A stretch of DNA of 64,000 bases. Source: Bacteroidota bacterium (GTDB taxonomy: Bacteria > Bacteroidota > Bacteroidia > Flavobacteriales > Schleiferiaceae). Location of the stretch: NCBI GenBank assembly GCA_024742495.1, contig JANSYJ010000012.1, positions 10,021-74,020 on the forward strand, written 5' to 3'. A program made the position numbers and the translations under genes. Of the stretch, positions 53,185 to 63,968 are shown piece by piece (the first letter of the stretch is position 1; each line of letters starts with the position of its first letter). The notes under the pieces are model-generated. The model had not been told where the DNA came from and did no database searches. It saw only the letters and a program-made list of their open reading frames with translations.

Positions 53185-54048
53185 TCAATTCAAAGCGGTG
53201 AATTTAAAACCTTTCGCTTGCAATAGTTTAATCAAGCCCTTTTCCCCCGGTAAATGCAAGGCGCCAACGGCTATAAATAATCCTCCTTCTTGCAAGGGTT
53301 CTTCCAAGGAAACAATCCAATTCTTATTCCGATCGTCAATCATTACTTCCATCGATTCGCTCTCGCCATCAAAGTCCATGGAGCTGGCATATAAGCCATC
53401 AAGATCATTATCGAAATAGGCATTTAAAATACCCATCATCACATCGCTGCCCTTTTGATCTTCCTTTACAATGTCCAGTAAATCTGTAAGCTGCTCTTCT
53501 ATAGTTTGACTGCCAAACAGAATTTCGAACTGCTCCTTCATTGTTTCCAATTTAATGAGCTCCTTGCCCTCCAACTTGGCATTTCTTGCGAAGTACATAT
53601 CCATCGGTAAACCACCATATATCAGGGAATCCGGGGTGAGCTTTTCCGCCAAAGCCACAGAATAACTGGTGCTAAGCACCATGGGTTTCATTATATCAAA
53701 CATCATTAAATCCATGCCTAAAATGGGCTCTAACTCCTTTTTCAAAAGTTGATAATCGGCACTGTCGGTCATTTCTTTTAAGGAGTAGCCGGGCATCATC
53801 ATTAGGCTGGCGAACTCCACTAGCTTGCTGCTATCTATAACCGTTTCTACCACCACTTTTTGTGAAGCTTTATAGGCTTCCATAACCGCAGGTCGTTCTT
53901 TAAAATAATCGGCTCCTAATAAATGGTAAGTGCCATAGAGGTAGGATACTTTCCCTTGGGGAGATTCGATTTTCCACAATAATGAATTTTGTGCTTGGGT
54001 GGGAATGGCAACAACAAAGAGGAGGAAAGCAAAAAATGCCTTTTTCAT
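53185..54048 (-). CDS. TraB/GumN-family protein
   Basis: Signal peptide, then LLWKIESPQGKVSYLYGTYHL, and C-terminal FIAVGALHLPGEKGL. These are typical TraB/GumN motifs. Its stop directly abuts the sigma start. Confidence 0.75.
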   Translation of the reverse strand: MKKAFFAFLLFVVAIPTQAQNSLLWKIESPQGKVSYLYGTYHLLGADYFKERPAVMEAYKASQKVVVETVIDSSKLVEFASLMMMPGYSLKEMTDSADYQLLKKELEPILGMDLMMFDIMKPMVLSTSYSVALAEKLTPDSLIYGGLPMDMYFARNAKLEGKELIKLETMKEQFEILFGSQTIEEQLTDLLDIVKEDQKGSDVMMGILNAYFDNDLDGLYASSMDFDGESESMEVMIDDRNKNWIVSLEEPLQEGGLFIAVGALHLPGEKGLIKLLQAKGFKFTALN

Positions 54049-54256
54049 AATTAGGATGTTTTTATACCATTAGTGCTTTATGATCCGCAAATATTACAGG
54101 AACCTAAAAAAAAAAATTAGCCCCCGCTTTTCAAAAGCCCTCCGCAGTTTAAGAAAGCGCAATGAAATCCCTTTGAATTGTTTTAATTTCAGCGCTTCAA
54201 ACAATTTAAACTCCTGAGAATTATCTTTAGTGACCTTGCAACAAATTCACCTTCCT

Positions 54257-55690
54257 ATGAAAAAAGCCTTAGTCCTTCTCTTCCTTTTCGCAAACATCAC
54301 CGTCCATGCTCAGGGCTTAATCAGCGAAAGCTTAAACCAGAGCCACCAGCATGAACATAATGGCAATGCTATTAACAGCCCGCTTTGTGGTTCGCATTTG
54401 TTGATGAAACACCAAGATCAGAAAAGTCCAGGCTTTATTGATGCCTCCAATGCGGCCTTAAAGAAAGTGATATACCAAATAGAGCGCCAGGCGAAAAGCA
54501 GCAAGGCCACCCTAAGTGTTCCAGTTGTTTTCCATGTAGTTTACAATAATTCCGATGAGAATTTACCAGACTCGGTGATCTTTAATCAACTACAGGCCCT
54601 AAATGACAATTTCAGTCGCCAGAATGCAGACACCGCCAGCCTTCGCAGCGTTTTTGAACCCTATGTAGGAAATCCCCAAATAGAATTTGTACTCGCCTCG
54701 CAAAGTCCGGATGGCAGTCCCACCAATGGCATTACCCGCACTAATACTAATGTAGAGCATTTCGGAGGCATATTGCCTTATGCCGGCAACCAGACCGCTC
54801 AAATTCAGCAATGGGTAAACGATAGTTTGTTTTACAATTTCTTTCGAATTACTGAAGATAGTTTAGGTGGCATTAGCGCTTGGGATACGGAGCGCTATCT
54901 TAATATTTGGATTGGAGACTTAAGAATTTTTGAGCCCATGATTAATAATTTCGAAGAACTTGTGCTTTTAGGCTTGGCACCTCCTCCCCCCTCTCATCCA
55001 AGTTTTACGGGCCTGGGCTTCGACACCTTAGCCTTGCAACAAGGAGTGCTGATGCATTATGTGGCCATTGGTCCTAATAATCCGATTAGCTATCCTGCGC
55101 CTTATACCGCCTTAAACAATACTGTATCTAAGGGCGATTTACTCTCGCATGAAGTAGGACACTATTTGGGATTAAGGCATATTTGGGGCGATGGTGCTTG
55201 CCTGGCCGACGATTTTATTTTCGACACTCCGCTTTCCGATAATTCTAATCAGTTTACCGGAAATAAAAACAGAAACAGCTGTGTGGATAGCATTGACGGT
55301 CAGGACTTACCCGATATGGTAGAGAATTTTATGGACTACAGCAGCGATGATTGTTTAAACTCCTTCACCGCCGATCAAGCTTCGGTAATGCGCGCGACCC
55401 TTTTTACTTACCGACCCAATGCATTTACCATCGGCGCGGAAGAAATTCCTTTGACCACTAGCCTTAAGCTTTATCCTAATCCCAGTAAAGGAATTGTTTA
55501 CCTAAACCCATCAGGCCCCAGCCAAGAATATAGGGTAAGCGTTTACCAAGTTTCTGGAAAACTGATGAGCAGCCATTACTTTGCAAAGGGCGAAAGCCTT
55601 AGTCTTAGCTTACCCGAAACCAAAGGCCTGTACCTTATAAAGGTTTATAGCCAAGATGATTGGGCAACATTTAAGGTCTTGCGGGACTAA
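54257..55690 (+). CDS. M43 (pappalysin/cytophagalysin-like) zinc metalloprotease with T9SS C-terminal domain
   Basis: HEVGHYLGLRHIWGD (HExxHxxGxxH). CTD LKLYPNPSKGIVYL...GLYLIKV. ATG 54257 gives MKKALVLLFLFANITVHAQ. Confidence 0.8.
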   Translation: MKKALVLLFLFANITVHAQGLISESLNQSHQHEHNGNAINSPLCGSHLLMKHQDQKSPGFIDASNAALKKVIYQIERQAKSSKATLSVPVVFHVVYNNSDENLPDSVIFNQLQALNDNFSRQNADTASLRSVFEPYVGNPQIEFVLASQSPDGSPTNGITRTNTNVEHFGGILPYAGNQTAQIQQWVNDSLFYNFFRITEDSLGGISAWDTERYLNIWIGDLRIFEPMINNFEELVLLGLAPPPPSHPSFTGLGFDTLALQQGVLMHYVAIGPNNPISYPAPYTALNNTVSKGDLLSHEVGHYLGLRHIWGDGACLADDFIFDTPLSDNSNQFTGNKNRNSCVDSIDGQDLPDMVENFMDYSSDDCLNSFTADQASVMRATLFTYRPNAFTIGAEEIPLTTSLKLYPNPSKGIVYLNPSGPSQEYRVSVYQVSGKLMSSHYFAKGESLSLSLPETKGLYLIKVYSQDDWATFKVLRD

Positions 55691-56004
55691 GGGCAAGAAC
55701 TCTTTATAAGACCTTAAAGACTCAGGTCATAAGCAAAGGGGCTGGCAGCGAGGGCTCTTTAAATGGGCCCAGATTCTTTGGCTTGCCCTTTTGGAGATAA
55801 AGTGAAATTTGGAGCTATACAATCTGGCTTAATGCCCAATTGATGATTAGCTAGCTAAGCGGGCTAAGAATTTAAGGCACGCCATTGCCTTAGTCACAGC
55901 ACTGATTTAAAGCTTTTTAGCTTTCCCGTCAAAAAAAATCCTGCCCAGCCTTTTTTTAAAAACGCTACAAGCCTTATTTTGAGCCTTCTAAAAACCCTAC
56001 AAAC

Positions 56005-59000
56005 TTGAAAACTGCTTACCGCCTCCTGTTGGTGCTTTGTCTTGCACCCCTATTCCATTCCGCACAATCTGAAAATTGGCACTTTAGTTCCATTGATACG
56101 ATTAGCTTAGGCATTGAGATGCACAATCGTTCATCCTACGATAGTGCCATTGCGATGTTTAGTAAAATTCATCCCGGCGATACCAATTACGACCTGGCCC
56201 TCTACGAAAAAGCCTATAGCCTTTACAATGCCGAACGCTATGAGGAAGCCCTCAAAATTGGCCGCCAAGGTTATGACAGAAATGGCGAATTGAATATTGA
56301 ATTTGCCACGGTAATTGGAAATAGCCTCGATGAACTGGGAATGGCCGAAGAAGCAAAAGCCACCTACGATAGTGCCATCCATAAATTTCCCGGTAGCGCC
56401 AAACTCTATTACAACCGAGGGGTAGCTCACCTTGGAAAAGAACGTTGGGAATTGGGTTTCAATGATCTTAAAAAAGCAATTGAACTAAACCCCTACCACG
56501 CTTCTTCACATTATCAGCTAGCTCGCTATGCCCTATACAATGGCAATTTCACTCAATCTCTTTTATCCCTAGGTTATTACTTTATTTCGGAGCCTGCTTC
56601 GGGTCGCACCAATTCCATACTGCAAGTGTTTAATACCGCCTTATCGGAAAAAACAGAACTTGAAGCTATTGATTACGATTTTGACCCCAAAGGAACTTAT
56701 GCCAAGAGTGATCGCCTGATAAAAAGTTATGCGGCCCTAAGAGATGCTTATGATATTGATTCGGATGCCAATTTCCCCTTGATCAAGCAAATGCACTTGG
56801 CTATTACTCAATCGGCCAAGCTTAAGAACAAAACAGATTTTTGGGCCATGTACTACCTGCCCTATTACAAGAAAGTTATAGAGGAGGATCAGTTTGAAGT
56901 TTTTAGCTATTTGCTTTCACTAAGCATACAGAATGAATACTACAGCAAATTAGTAGAGAAGAACATCGACGACATTAAGGAATTGGTGAACTGGAATTCC
57001 AGCTTCGTGCGCGACCACCATGGCCTGCATCCTTTAGACTATAAAAAAGGTGCTGAGATGGTGAAGTTTTATTTTCATGACGGAACTTCGGGTATTAGTG
57101 CCCGCGGGAAAGTAGATGACCAAGAACGCCCCATTGGAACCTACCAATTTTATTATGCTGGCGGCGGACTGAGTGGCAAAGGCGAGCTAAATAAAGAGGG
57201 CCTTCGCACGGGCACCTTCTACAACTACCACCCTAATGGCAGCTTAAAAGAGGAAGGAATTTACAGCGATGGCGAATTAGATGGCCCCAGTAAAGAGTAT
57301 CATGAAAATGGCGCTCCAGCAATCTTCGCCGACTTTAAAGCAGGTAAGCTTAATGGAGAAGCAACTATTTATGATGAAAATGGTGCCAAGTCGAGGGTTT
57401 TTACTTTTAAGGACAATATCCCGGTGGATACCTTATACCTCTATCATAGCAATGGGCAACTAAAAGCTAAAATTCCTTTTAAGGATGGTACGGAAAACGG
57501 CAAAGCCACCTATTATCATGAAGATGCCAGTCTCTTATCGCATATCACTTTAAAAGCAGGGGAGCGCAGCGGTCCGGCTGAGTTTTATTTCTCCAATGGC
57601 CAACTGGATGTAAAGGCGGTTTATAATGAAGCCGGGAAATTTAATGGTCCCTATGAATCCTATCATTCCAATGGACAATTATATGAGGCAGGCACTTATG
57701 TAGATGGCATTAGAGTTGGCAACTGGAAAAACTATAATCCCGATGGAAAACAGATAGCAGAGCGGAGTTTTGATGAGCGCGGTAAAAAAACCGGTACTGA
57801 AATCTACTACGATGATAAAGGACGTAAGAGTGAACTATTTCAATACAAAAAGGAAGAAATGGTTTATTTTGAAGACTATGATTTGACCGGGGCGATTCAA
57901 GCTAAAGGCAAGGCAAAACGCGGGATTCTAAACTATCGGGATTTAGACTTGTACGGCAGTCTTTTAAAAGAAGGCCCTTTAGACGAAACCCACCGAATTG
58001 GCGAGTGGAAGGAATACAGCCAATACGGGAAAATCTTACGAAAAATCACCTATACAGAAGAGGGCGAATACGAGGGGAAATATATAGACTATCACGCTTC
58101 TAATGGCGAAATCTCCTCCCAATTCATCTACCAGAAGGATACCCTGCATGGGCCTTATTTTTACCAATATTCTTCCGGACAGGTGAGTTCAGAAGGCAGC
58201 TATTATAAGGGCAATCGCCAAGGACTAAGACTAAGCTATTTTCCGAATGGTGTAATTGAAACAGAATCTTTTTATGTGAATGGCCGCTATAATGGTCCGC
58301 GTAAATACTATGATCCTGTAGGGCAACTCAAGAGGATTGAATACTATAAGGAAGGAACCATCACCAAGATGGAAACCTACTGGAAAGACTCGCTGGTGGA
58401 TGTCGCCATAATGAAGGATCCCTTGCAGATGCTAAGCCTAAAATACCCCAATGGACAAGTAGCCTTTGAAATAAACCGCACCGGCCGAAATTTCCAGGGT
58501 AAGGCCAATTGGTATTTTGGTAATGGTCAGCTAGAAATCGAAGCCCAGTATATTGATGGGAATCGCGATGGGATGTATAAAACCTATTATCCGAACGGAC
58601 AGCTACGCAGCGAAGGCGCTTATGACCTAGGCAAGCAAATTGGCGAGTGGAAATACTATCATGAAAATGGTGCCCTCGATGAAATTGTGCGCTTTGTAGA
58701 GGGCGAACAACATGGTCCAAATCCGGAGTACAATGAAGCCGGCATAAGAGTGGACAGCCTAAATTATGTATTTGATGAGCTGGATGGCAACCGTTATTTC
58801 TATACGCAAGAAGGAGAGCTTCAGCATGTTCGGGTTTATGACTTAGGTAAAATTATTGGCTGGCGAAAGCTTAAAGCTGATGGCAGCCTTAGTGAACTTA
58901 TTCCCTTAGAGAATGGCACTGGATCAGTAAAGGCCCTTTTTCCAAATGGAAAAGTAGCGATGGAATACAGCTTGGAGAAGGGCTTTTTTACCGAAGCGCC

Positions 59001-59289
59001 TTATAAAACCTATTACAGCAATGGCCAATTAGAATCAGAGATTCAACATAAGAATGGTGAAAATAATGGCTTTGAGCGAAAATACTATGCTAATGGGCAG
59101 TTAGAGTCGGAAGTGGAATACCTAAATGACTATAAAAATGGCGAGGAGAAAAGGTATCATGCCAATGGACAATTGGCTAAAAAAATTAGCTGGGTGCATG
59201 GCAAGCTTCAAGGACGAGTAAGTAGCTATGACGAAAATGGCAAAGAAATTAGTAGCTTCCTTTATATAGCAGATGACCTTTATGAATAA
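56005..59289 (+). CDS. Large secreted TPR + MORN/YwqK-repeat protein
   Basis: 1094 aa, TTG start, signal ...PLFHSAQS. N-terminal TPR-like helices are followed by more than 20 tandem repeats of the G-x-Y-x-x-Y-[HY]-x-N-G-Q-L type. Confidence 0.75.
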   Translation: MKTAYRLLLVLCLAPLFHSAQSENWHFSSIDTISLGIEMHNRSSYDSAIAMFSKIHPGDTNYDLALYEKAYSLYNAERYEEALKIGRQGYDRNGELNIEFATVIGNSLDELGMAEEAKATYDSAIHKFPGSAKLYYNRGVAHLGKERWELGFNDLKKAIELNPYHASSHYQLARYALYNGNFTQSLLSLGYYFISEPASGRTNSILQVFNTALSEKTELEAIDYDFDPKGTYAKSDRLIKSYAALRDAYDIDSDANFPLIKQMHLAITQSAKLKNKTDFWAMYYLPYYKKVIEEDQFEVFSYLLSLSIQNEYYSKLVEKNIDDIKELVNWNSSFVRDHHGLHPLDYKKGAEMVKFYFHDGTSGISARGKVDDQERPIGTYQFYYAGGGLSGKGELNKEGLRTGTFYNYHPNGSLKEEGIYSDGELDGPSKEYHENGAPAIFADFKAGKLNGEATIYDENGAKSRVFTFKDNIPVDTLYLYHSNGQLKAKIPFKDGTENGKATYYHEDASLLSHITLKAGERSGPAEFYFSNGQLDVKAVYNEAGKFNGPYESYHSNGQLYEAGTYVDGIRVGNWKNYNPDGKQIAERSFDERGKKTGTEIYYDDKGRKSELFQYKKEEMVYFEDYDLTGAIQAKGKAKRGILNYRDLDLYGSLLKEGPLDETHRIGEWKEYSQYGKILRKITYTEEGEYEGKYIDYHASNGEISSQFIYQKDTLHGPYFYQYSSGQVSSEGSYYKGNRQGLRLSYFPNGVIETESFYVNGRYNGPRKYYDPVGQLKRIEYYKEGTITKMETYWKDSLVDVAIMKDPLQMLSLKYPNGQVAFEINRTGRNFQGKANWYFGNGQLEIEAQYIDGNRDGMYKTYYPNGQLRSEGAYDLGKQIGEWKYYHENGALDEIVRFVEGEQHGPNPEYNEAGIRVDSLNYVFDELDGNRYFYTQEGELQHVRVYDLGKIIGWRKLKADGSLSELIPLENGTGSVKALFPNGKVAMEYSLEKGFFTEAPYKTYYSNGQLESEIQHKNGENNGFERKYYANGQLESEVEYLNDYKNGEEKRYHANGQLAKKISWVHGKLQGRVSSYDENGKEISSFLYIADDLYE

Positions 59290-61201
59290 ATCTCACCACC
59301 TCTTACTGGCTCTCATTTGCAGCTTAGGCCTATATGGCCAGAAGCCCAGCGAGCTTATTGCCAGCTATGCCGATAAAGATGCCGTGCGCCTCGAAGGAAG
59401 TAATAAAACTACCCTCAGCGTAAAGGATGATAAAATACTAATCACCAAACGCTATTCGGCCAAAACCTTCCTTAATACCAAAGGGGTGAACGGCCGTGGC
59501 GAGGTTTCACTAAAGTACGAGCCTCCCTTTAGTGAAATTACCGACATCGACGCCTATACCCTGGTGCCCGACTTTGATCGGGATAAATACAATAAGCAGA
59601 AGGTGCGCGATATTATTGATCGCAAGATGATTGATGAAGACGTTTTTCACGATGGTACCCGGGCCAAGTCTTTCACCTTTAAGGGAATGATGGAAGGCGC
59701 GATTACTGTTTTAGAATATGAGGAGGAATACCACGAACCCTTCCTGGTTGGTCGCGAAGTTTTTGACCCCCATATTTATTCTAAAACCCACACCTTCAGC
59801 TTAGAGGTAGAAAAGGGTATTGAAATAGAATACAGCTACTTTAACAGCGATAGTAGCTTTTACAATTACTGGACTGAGGAAAAACGGGGTGGCATTGTGC
59901 ATCATTGGAAAATTGATGAAATGGAAACCCGAAAATATGAAGAAGGATCGCCATCGGGCTTGTATGTTAGTCCGCACATTGTTTACCGCATTAAATCCTA
60001 TGTTAAATCGGACGGGCAGGTAGAAAAGGTATTGGGAAATGTAGATGATTTGCACCGCTACTACCAAAATTTTATTGATGACCTCAGCGCGCCAAATGAA
60101 GAATTAAAGGCCATTACCGACAGCTTGGTAAAAGGCATCAGCGATCCTCGCGCCAAAGCAAAGGCCATTTACGATTGGGTTAATCGCTCTATCCGCTATA
60201 TCGCTTTTGAAGACGGTTATGGTGGCTTTAAGCCTCGGGATGCAAACTTCGTATGCACCAAGCGCTATGGCGATTGTAAGGACATGAGTAACCTGATGGT
60301 GCAAATGATGAATTATGTGGGCCTGGATGCCTACCACGTTTGGATTGGCACCCGCGATATTCCCTATACCTATGAGGAAGTACCAACCGGGCTATCCGAT
60401 AACCACATGATTGCCGCTGTAAAGTTGGAAGGTGAAATTTACTTTTTAGATGCCACCAACAAAATGCTGCCCTTCCCCTATCAAAGTAGCTTTACCCAAG
60501 GAAAGCAAGCCTTAATAAACCTGGGGCCGGATGACTACCTTTTAAAAACTGTTCCGGTTTTAGATCATCATTTAAATGATGATACCGACTCCTGTTTTAT
60601 TACACTCGATGGCAGCAGCTTCATTGGAAAAGGCAGCAAGCACTATGGTATATACAATCGTGCCCAAGCCCTGCGCTTATTGGAGCGAAAGGATGATGAA
60701 GCTTTTGAAGATTGGCTGAATGCCGATTTGGAAAAAGGCGATAATCGCTGCAAATCTGAATTGCTAGATTACCAAATTAGCGATGAAGGTTTTAAGGTAA
60801 ACTACAGCATGAACCTGAAGGATTATGCACGAGTGGTTGGCAATAAAACCATCATTAATTTTAACCTACAGCCCTTCCTATCCAATTACCTATTGGAAGA
60901 AGATCGGAAGAACCCCATGGAATTGGTAAACACTTTATTGGTGAAGCGCTACTATGAGCTTGAGATTCCCGAAGGACAAGCGGTGAATTATCTGCCTGAA
61001 AACAGTGCCTTCGATCATCCTAAATTCTCCTACTTCATCACTTATAAAAGCGAAGGAGACAAAATTATTTATGAAATTGAAGTCGCTTTAAAAAGCCTCT
61101 TTATTGAAACCAGTGATCAAAAAGACTGGAACCTCTTTATTCGCAGCTTACGTAAAAGCTATCAACAAACTTTAATCCTTAGCCCTGATGACCAAAAATA
61201 A
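59282..61201 (+). CDS. DUF3857-like / transglutaminase-like cysteine-protease-fold protein
   Basis: ATG 59282 gives MNKSHHLLLALICSLGLYGQ and overlaps the upstream stop. Transglutaminase core RYGDCKDMSNLMVQMM. Confidence 0.65.
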   Translation: MNKSHHLLLALICSLGLYGQKPSELIASYADKDAVRLEGSNKTTLSVKDDKILITKRYSAKTFLNTKGVNGRGEVSLKYEPPFSEITDIDAYTLVPDFDRDKYNKQKVRDIIDRKMIDEDVFHDGTRAKSFTFKGMMEGAITVLEYEEEYHEPFLVGREVFDPHIYSKTHTFSLEVEKGIEIEYSYFNSDSSFYNYWTEEKRGGIVHHWKIDEMETRKYEEGSPSGLYVSPHIVYRIKSYVKSDGQVEKVLGNVDDLHRYYQNFIDDLSAPNEELKAITDSLVKGISDPRAKAKAIYDWVNRSIRYIAFEDGYGGFKPRDANFVCTKRYGDCKDMSNLMVQMMNYVGLDAYHVWIGTRDIPYTYEEVPTGLSDNHMIAAVKLEGEIYFLDATNKMLPFPYQSSFTQGKQALINLGPDDYLLKTVPVLDHHLNDDTDSCFITLDGSSFIGKGSKHYGIYNRAQALRLLERKDDEAFEDWLNADLEKGDNRCKSELLDYQISDEGFKVNYSMNLKDYARVVGNKTIINFNLQPFLSNYLLEEDRKNPMELVNTLLVKRYYELEIPEGQAVNYLPENSAFDHPKFSYFITYKSEGDKIIYEIEVALKSLFIETSDQKDWNLFIRSLRKSYQQTLILSPDDQK

Positions 61202-63176
61202 AACGCTTTGCCTCCTTTTAATTCTTCTTGGATTTAGCCTTACGGCCCAAGATTGGGAACCCTATTTCGATTATGAAAGCTATGACTGGCAGGAAGATCA
61301 GGCTGTTTACGACAAAGTAGTTGATGATAGCACATCGGCGGTAGTGGTATTTGAGAAACTCCTTTACAACTATAGTTATACCGATGAGAATATCCTGGTG
61401 ATGGATCGCCTTTATCACCGCAGGGTTTATATTAATAGCACCCGAGCTTTAGAGGAGTTTAACCGCAAATACATTCCAACCGGAGAAGGCAGCGAGCTGT
61501 TAAAGTTCCGGGCCCGGGCCATTAATGCCGGCAAGGAAATAGAAATTGATGAAGATGATATCCAAACGGGAACTTTGGAAGACAGCGAGGAAGAGTACGA
61601 CTATTTTGCTTTTGAAGGCTTAGAGCTTGGCTCCGAGGTGGAGTATTATTATGTAAATCGTTTTAGGCCCAATACCAATGGCTTAATGATCACCTACCAG
61701 GAGGACATCGCGATTGAGAATTTTGAAATTGAAGTTATCACCCCCTGGAATCTCATTTTTGCAGCCAAGGTTTACAATCTCCCAGATTCGGTGCAAAACG
61801 ATACCAGCATTGAGAATGAAAACCGCCTTTACCTGCATACCTCGGTACCCGCTTTTGAAGCGGAAAGCGTAAGTCCTGAGGATGCCCTCAAAGGTAGAAT
61901 CATCTTTAAACTCGATCAAAACCTTTATACCGGAGATCGGGATATTACCTCTTACAACTATACGGCTCAAAATGTTGCTTCTTTCCTAAGTTCGGAGCTC
62001 GACCGCAAGGCTAAAAAGGTGATAAAGAAAGAAGCTGAAAATGCCCAGGAATATCTATTGGAAGAGTATCCCGATTTTTCCGTGGCCAGCAGGGTTGAGC
62101 ATTATATAAAAGACAATTACAATTACTACGATGCCGCGGCTCCACAGTTGAGCGATATAGAGTTTATGGAAGAATCCAAGGTATTTAATACTGTAGGAGC
62201 GGTTCGTTTGTATGGGAAGATTTTCGATTATCTCGAAATCCCTTATCAATTTGTGTACACCACCAATCGCAACAATCTTTATTTTGATGAAGACTTTGCC
62301 AGCAACAACTACCTCAGCCAAGAGTTAATTTACCTCGCGGATGAAGAGCTCTATATTGATCCAACCGAGGTGATGTCGCGCAATGGAGTAATGAACTTCA
62401 ATTTTACTGGAAACAAGGGATTGTTTATCGAGCGTGAGCTTTTGGGAGATGAATACGTGGCCACTACTTCCATTAATGAAATCCCTTACAGGCCTGCTTC
62501 TTTTACCAGCGACACCATTAAGGCTAAGGTGGTATTTGGACCAGACATGCTCGACAATAAGGTGGAAGTATATCGGGCCCTTACCGGTTATTCCGCTCGC
62601 TCCTACCAGGGCATATTTGAGCTTATTGAAGATGAGGATGATTTGAAGGAGATTAAAGAATCCTTGGTGAGCTATATTGATGAAGAAGCCAAAGTGGATG
62701 ATTTAGAGGTCACTAATGCCAAGGCCATTTATTTAGGCGTAAAACCCCTACAAGCTAGGGCCAGTTTATCCGATTTCCGTTTTATGGAAAGTGCTGGTCA
62801 GGATTTACTGCTTAATGTAGGCAAGCTTATTGGTCCGCAAATGACCATGTATGATGAAGACTCGGTGCGCGATTTTGATATTTACAATCCTTTTTCTCGG
62901 GCTTATTACCGCAGCATAGAATTTGCTATTCCGGCGGGCTATAAACTGGCAAATCCCGAAAAATTACGCTTCGATGAAAAGTTGCTAATTGAAGGGGAAA
63001 TTAAAGCCATTTTCAAATCAGACTACCGTATTGAAGGCAATACCGTGGTGGTGATTATTGAAGAATGGTATGAGGATCAGATCTATCCCAAGGAATATTT
63101 CCAAGAATATTTAAAGGTGATCAATGCTGCAGCCGACTTTAATAAAGTAAGCGTGCTGCTGGAAAAAGAAGTTTAG
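61188..63176 (+). CDS. Secreted protein, probable DUF3857/DUF3858-type partner of the upstream gene
   Basis: 662 aa, signal ...LGFSLTAQD, 14-nt overlap with the upstream gene. The family assignment is tentative. Confidence 0.5.
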   Translation: MTKNKTLCLLLILLGFSLTAQDWEPYFDYESYDWQEDQAVYDKVVDDSTSAVVVFEKLLYNYSYTDENILVMDRLYHRRVYINSTRALEEFNRKYIPTGEGSELLKFRARAINAGKEIEIDEDDIQTGTLEDSEEEYDYFAFEGLELGSEVEYYYVNRFRPNTNGLMITYQEDIAIENFEIEVITPWNLIFAAKVYNLPDSVQNDTSIENENRLYLHTSVPAFEAESVSPEDALKGRIIFKLDQNLYTGDRDITSYNYTAQNVASFLSSELDRKAKKVIKKEAENAQEYLLEEYPDFSVASRVEHYIKDNYNYYDAAAPQLSDIEFMEESKVFNTVGAVRLYGKIFDYLEIPYQFVYTTNRNNLYFDEDFASNNYLSQELIYLADEELYIDPTEVMSRNGVMNFNFTGNKGLFIERELLGDEYVATTSINEIPYRPASFTSDTIKAKVVFGPDMLDNKVEVYRALTGYSARSYQGIFELIEDEDDLKEIKESLVSYIDEEAKVDDLEVTNAKAIYLGVKPLQARASLSDFRFMESAGQDLLLNVGKLIGPQMTMYDEDSVRDFDIYNPFSRAYYRSIEFAIPAGYKLANPEKLRFDEKLLIEGEIKAIFKSDYRIEGNTVVVIIEEWYEDQIYPKEYFQEYLKVINAAADFNKVSVLLEKEV

Positions 63177-63467
63177 GACTGCGGGGGCAGTAGATTGACT
63201 AAACGATCAAAGACCGCTGTCCAGCCCTTATAAAAGCCCATTTTTTCCTCTTGCTGGCAATACCCAGAGCTGGGATGCACTGTCTTAAAGGTGAATTTAG
63301 AGAGCCACATTTTCGGTCATGGGTTTAATTTGGCGGTGCTCACTATTTTTTGACGTGGAATAATGGGGGAATTATACTTGTTTGAATAGCTTTAATAATT
63401 CAGTTTTAAGGGTACTTAAAGTAAACCATTCAGTCTGAGATTTCTTCACATTCTGTCTAGCTCATTC

Positions 63468-63968
63468 CTATTGATTCAGCCTAATACTACCTTCCTCATT
63501 AATACTAAGGATTGCTTTTTCAAAATCTCGGTTCTTCTTATCCCAAAACTTCTGGTTGATATTGATAAGTGATGGCACACATGTCCAAAAGGCATCTAAA
63601 GGGTACCTATCTCTCTGTCTGAAATCACGAACTAAAACAAGGTAATCTAGATTCCGATAGTTAATATAAAGTTTTGTGTCTCTGTAGAAAAGGCCATATT
63701 TCGACTTTCTCTTAACCATCAAATTGAGTATATCTCCTTCTCTTATATTCGCTGGAAGAGGAATTTTAAATGTGAAGCCAGTAATAGGATCAACTGTCTT
63801 AGATGTGTTTTCCATTTTTACCGTATATATTAAAGAATCATAGTAAAACCTGAATGTTTCATCTTTAAAATAACCTATTACATGGATTATTAAACTATCC
63901 TGAGCTTTAACCGAAACCACAAATAGTGACATTATTATTATAAATACTATGTACTTTAATTTGTTCAT
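63468..63968 (-). CDS. Hypothetical secreted protein
   Basis: 166 aa, AT-rich, with signal peptide MNKLKYIVFIIIMSLFVVSVKAQ. Confidence 0.45.
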   Translation of the reverse strand: MNKLKYIVFIIIMSLFVVSVKAQDSLIIHVIGYFKDETFRFYYDSLIYTVKMENTSKTVDPITGFTFKIPLPANIREGDILNLMVKRKSKYGLFYRDTKLYINYRNLDYLVLVRDFRQRDRYPLDAFWTCVPSLININQKFWDKKNRDFEKAILSINEEGSIRLNQ

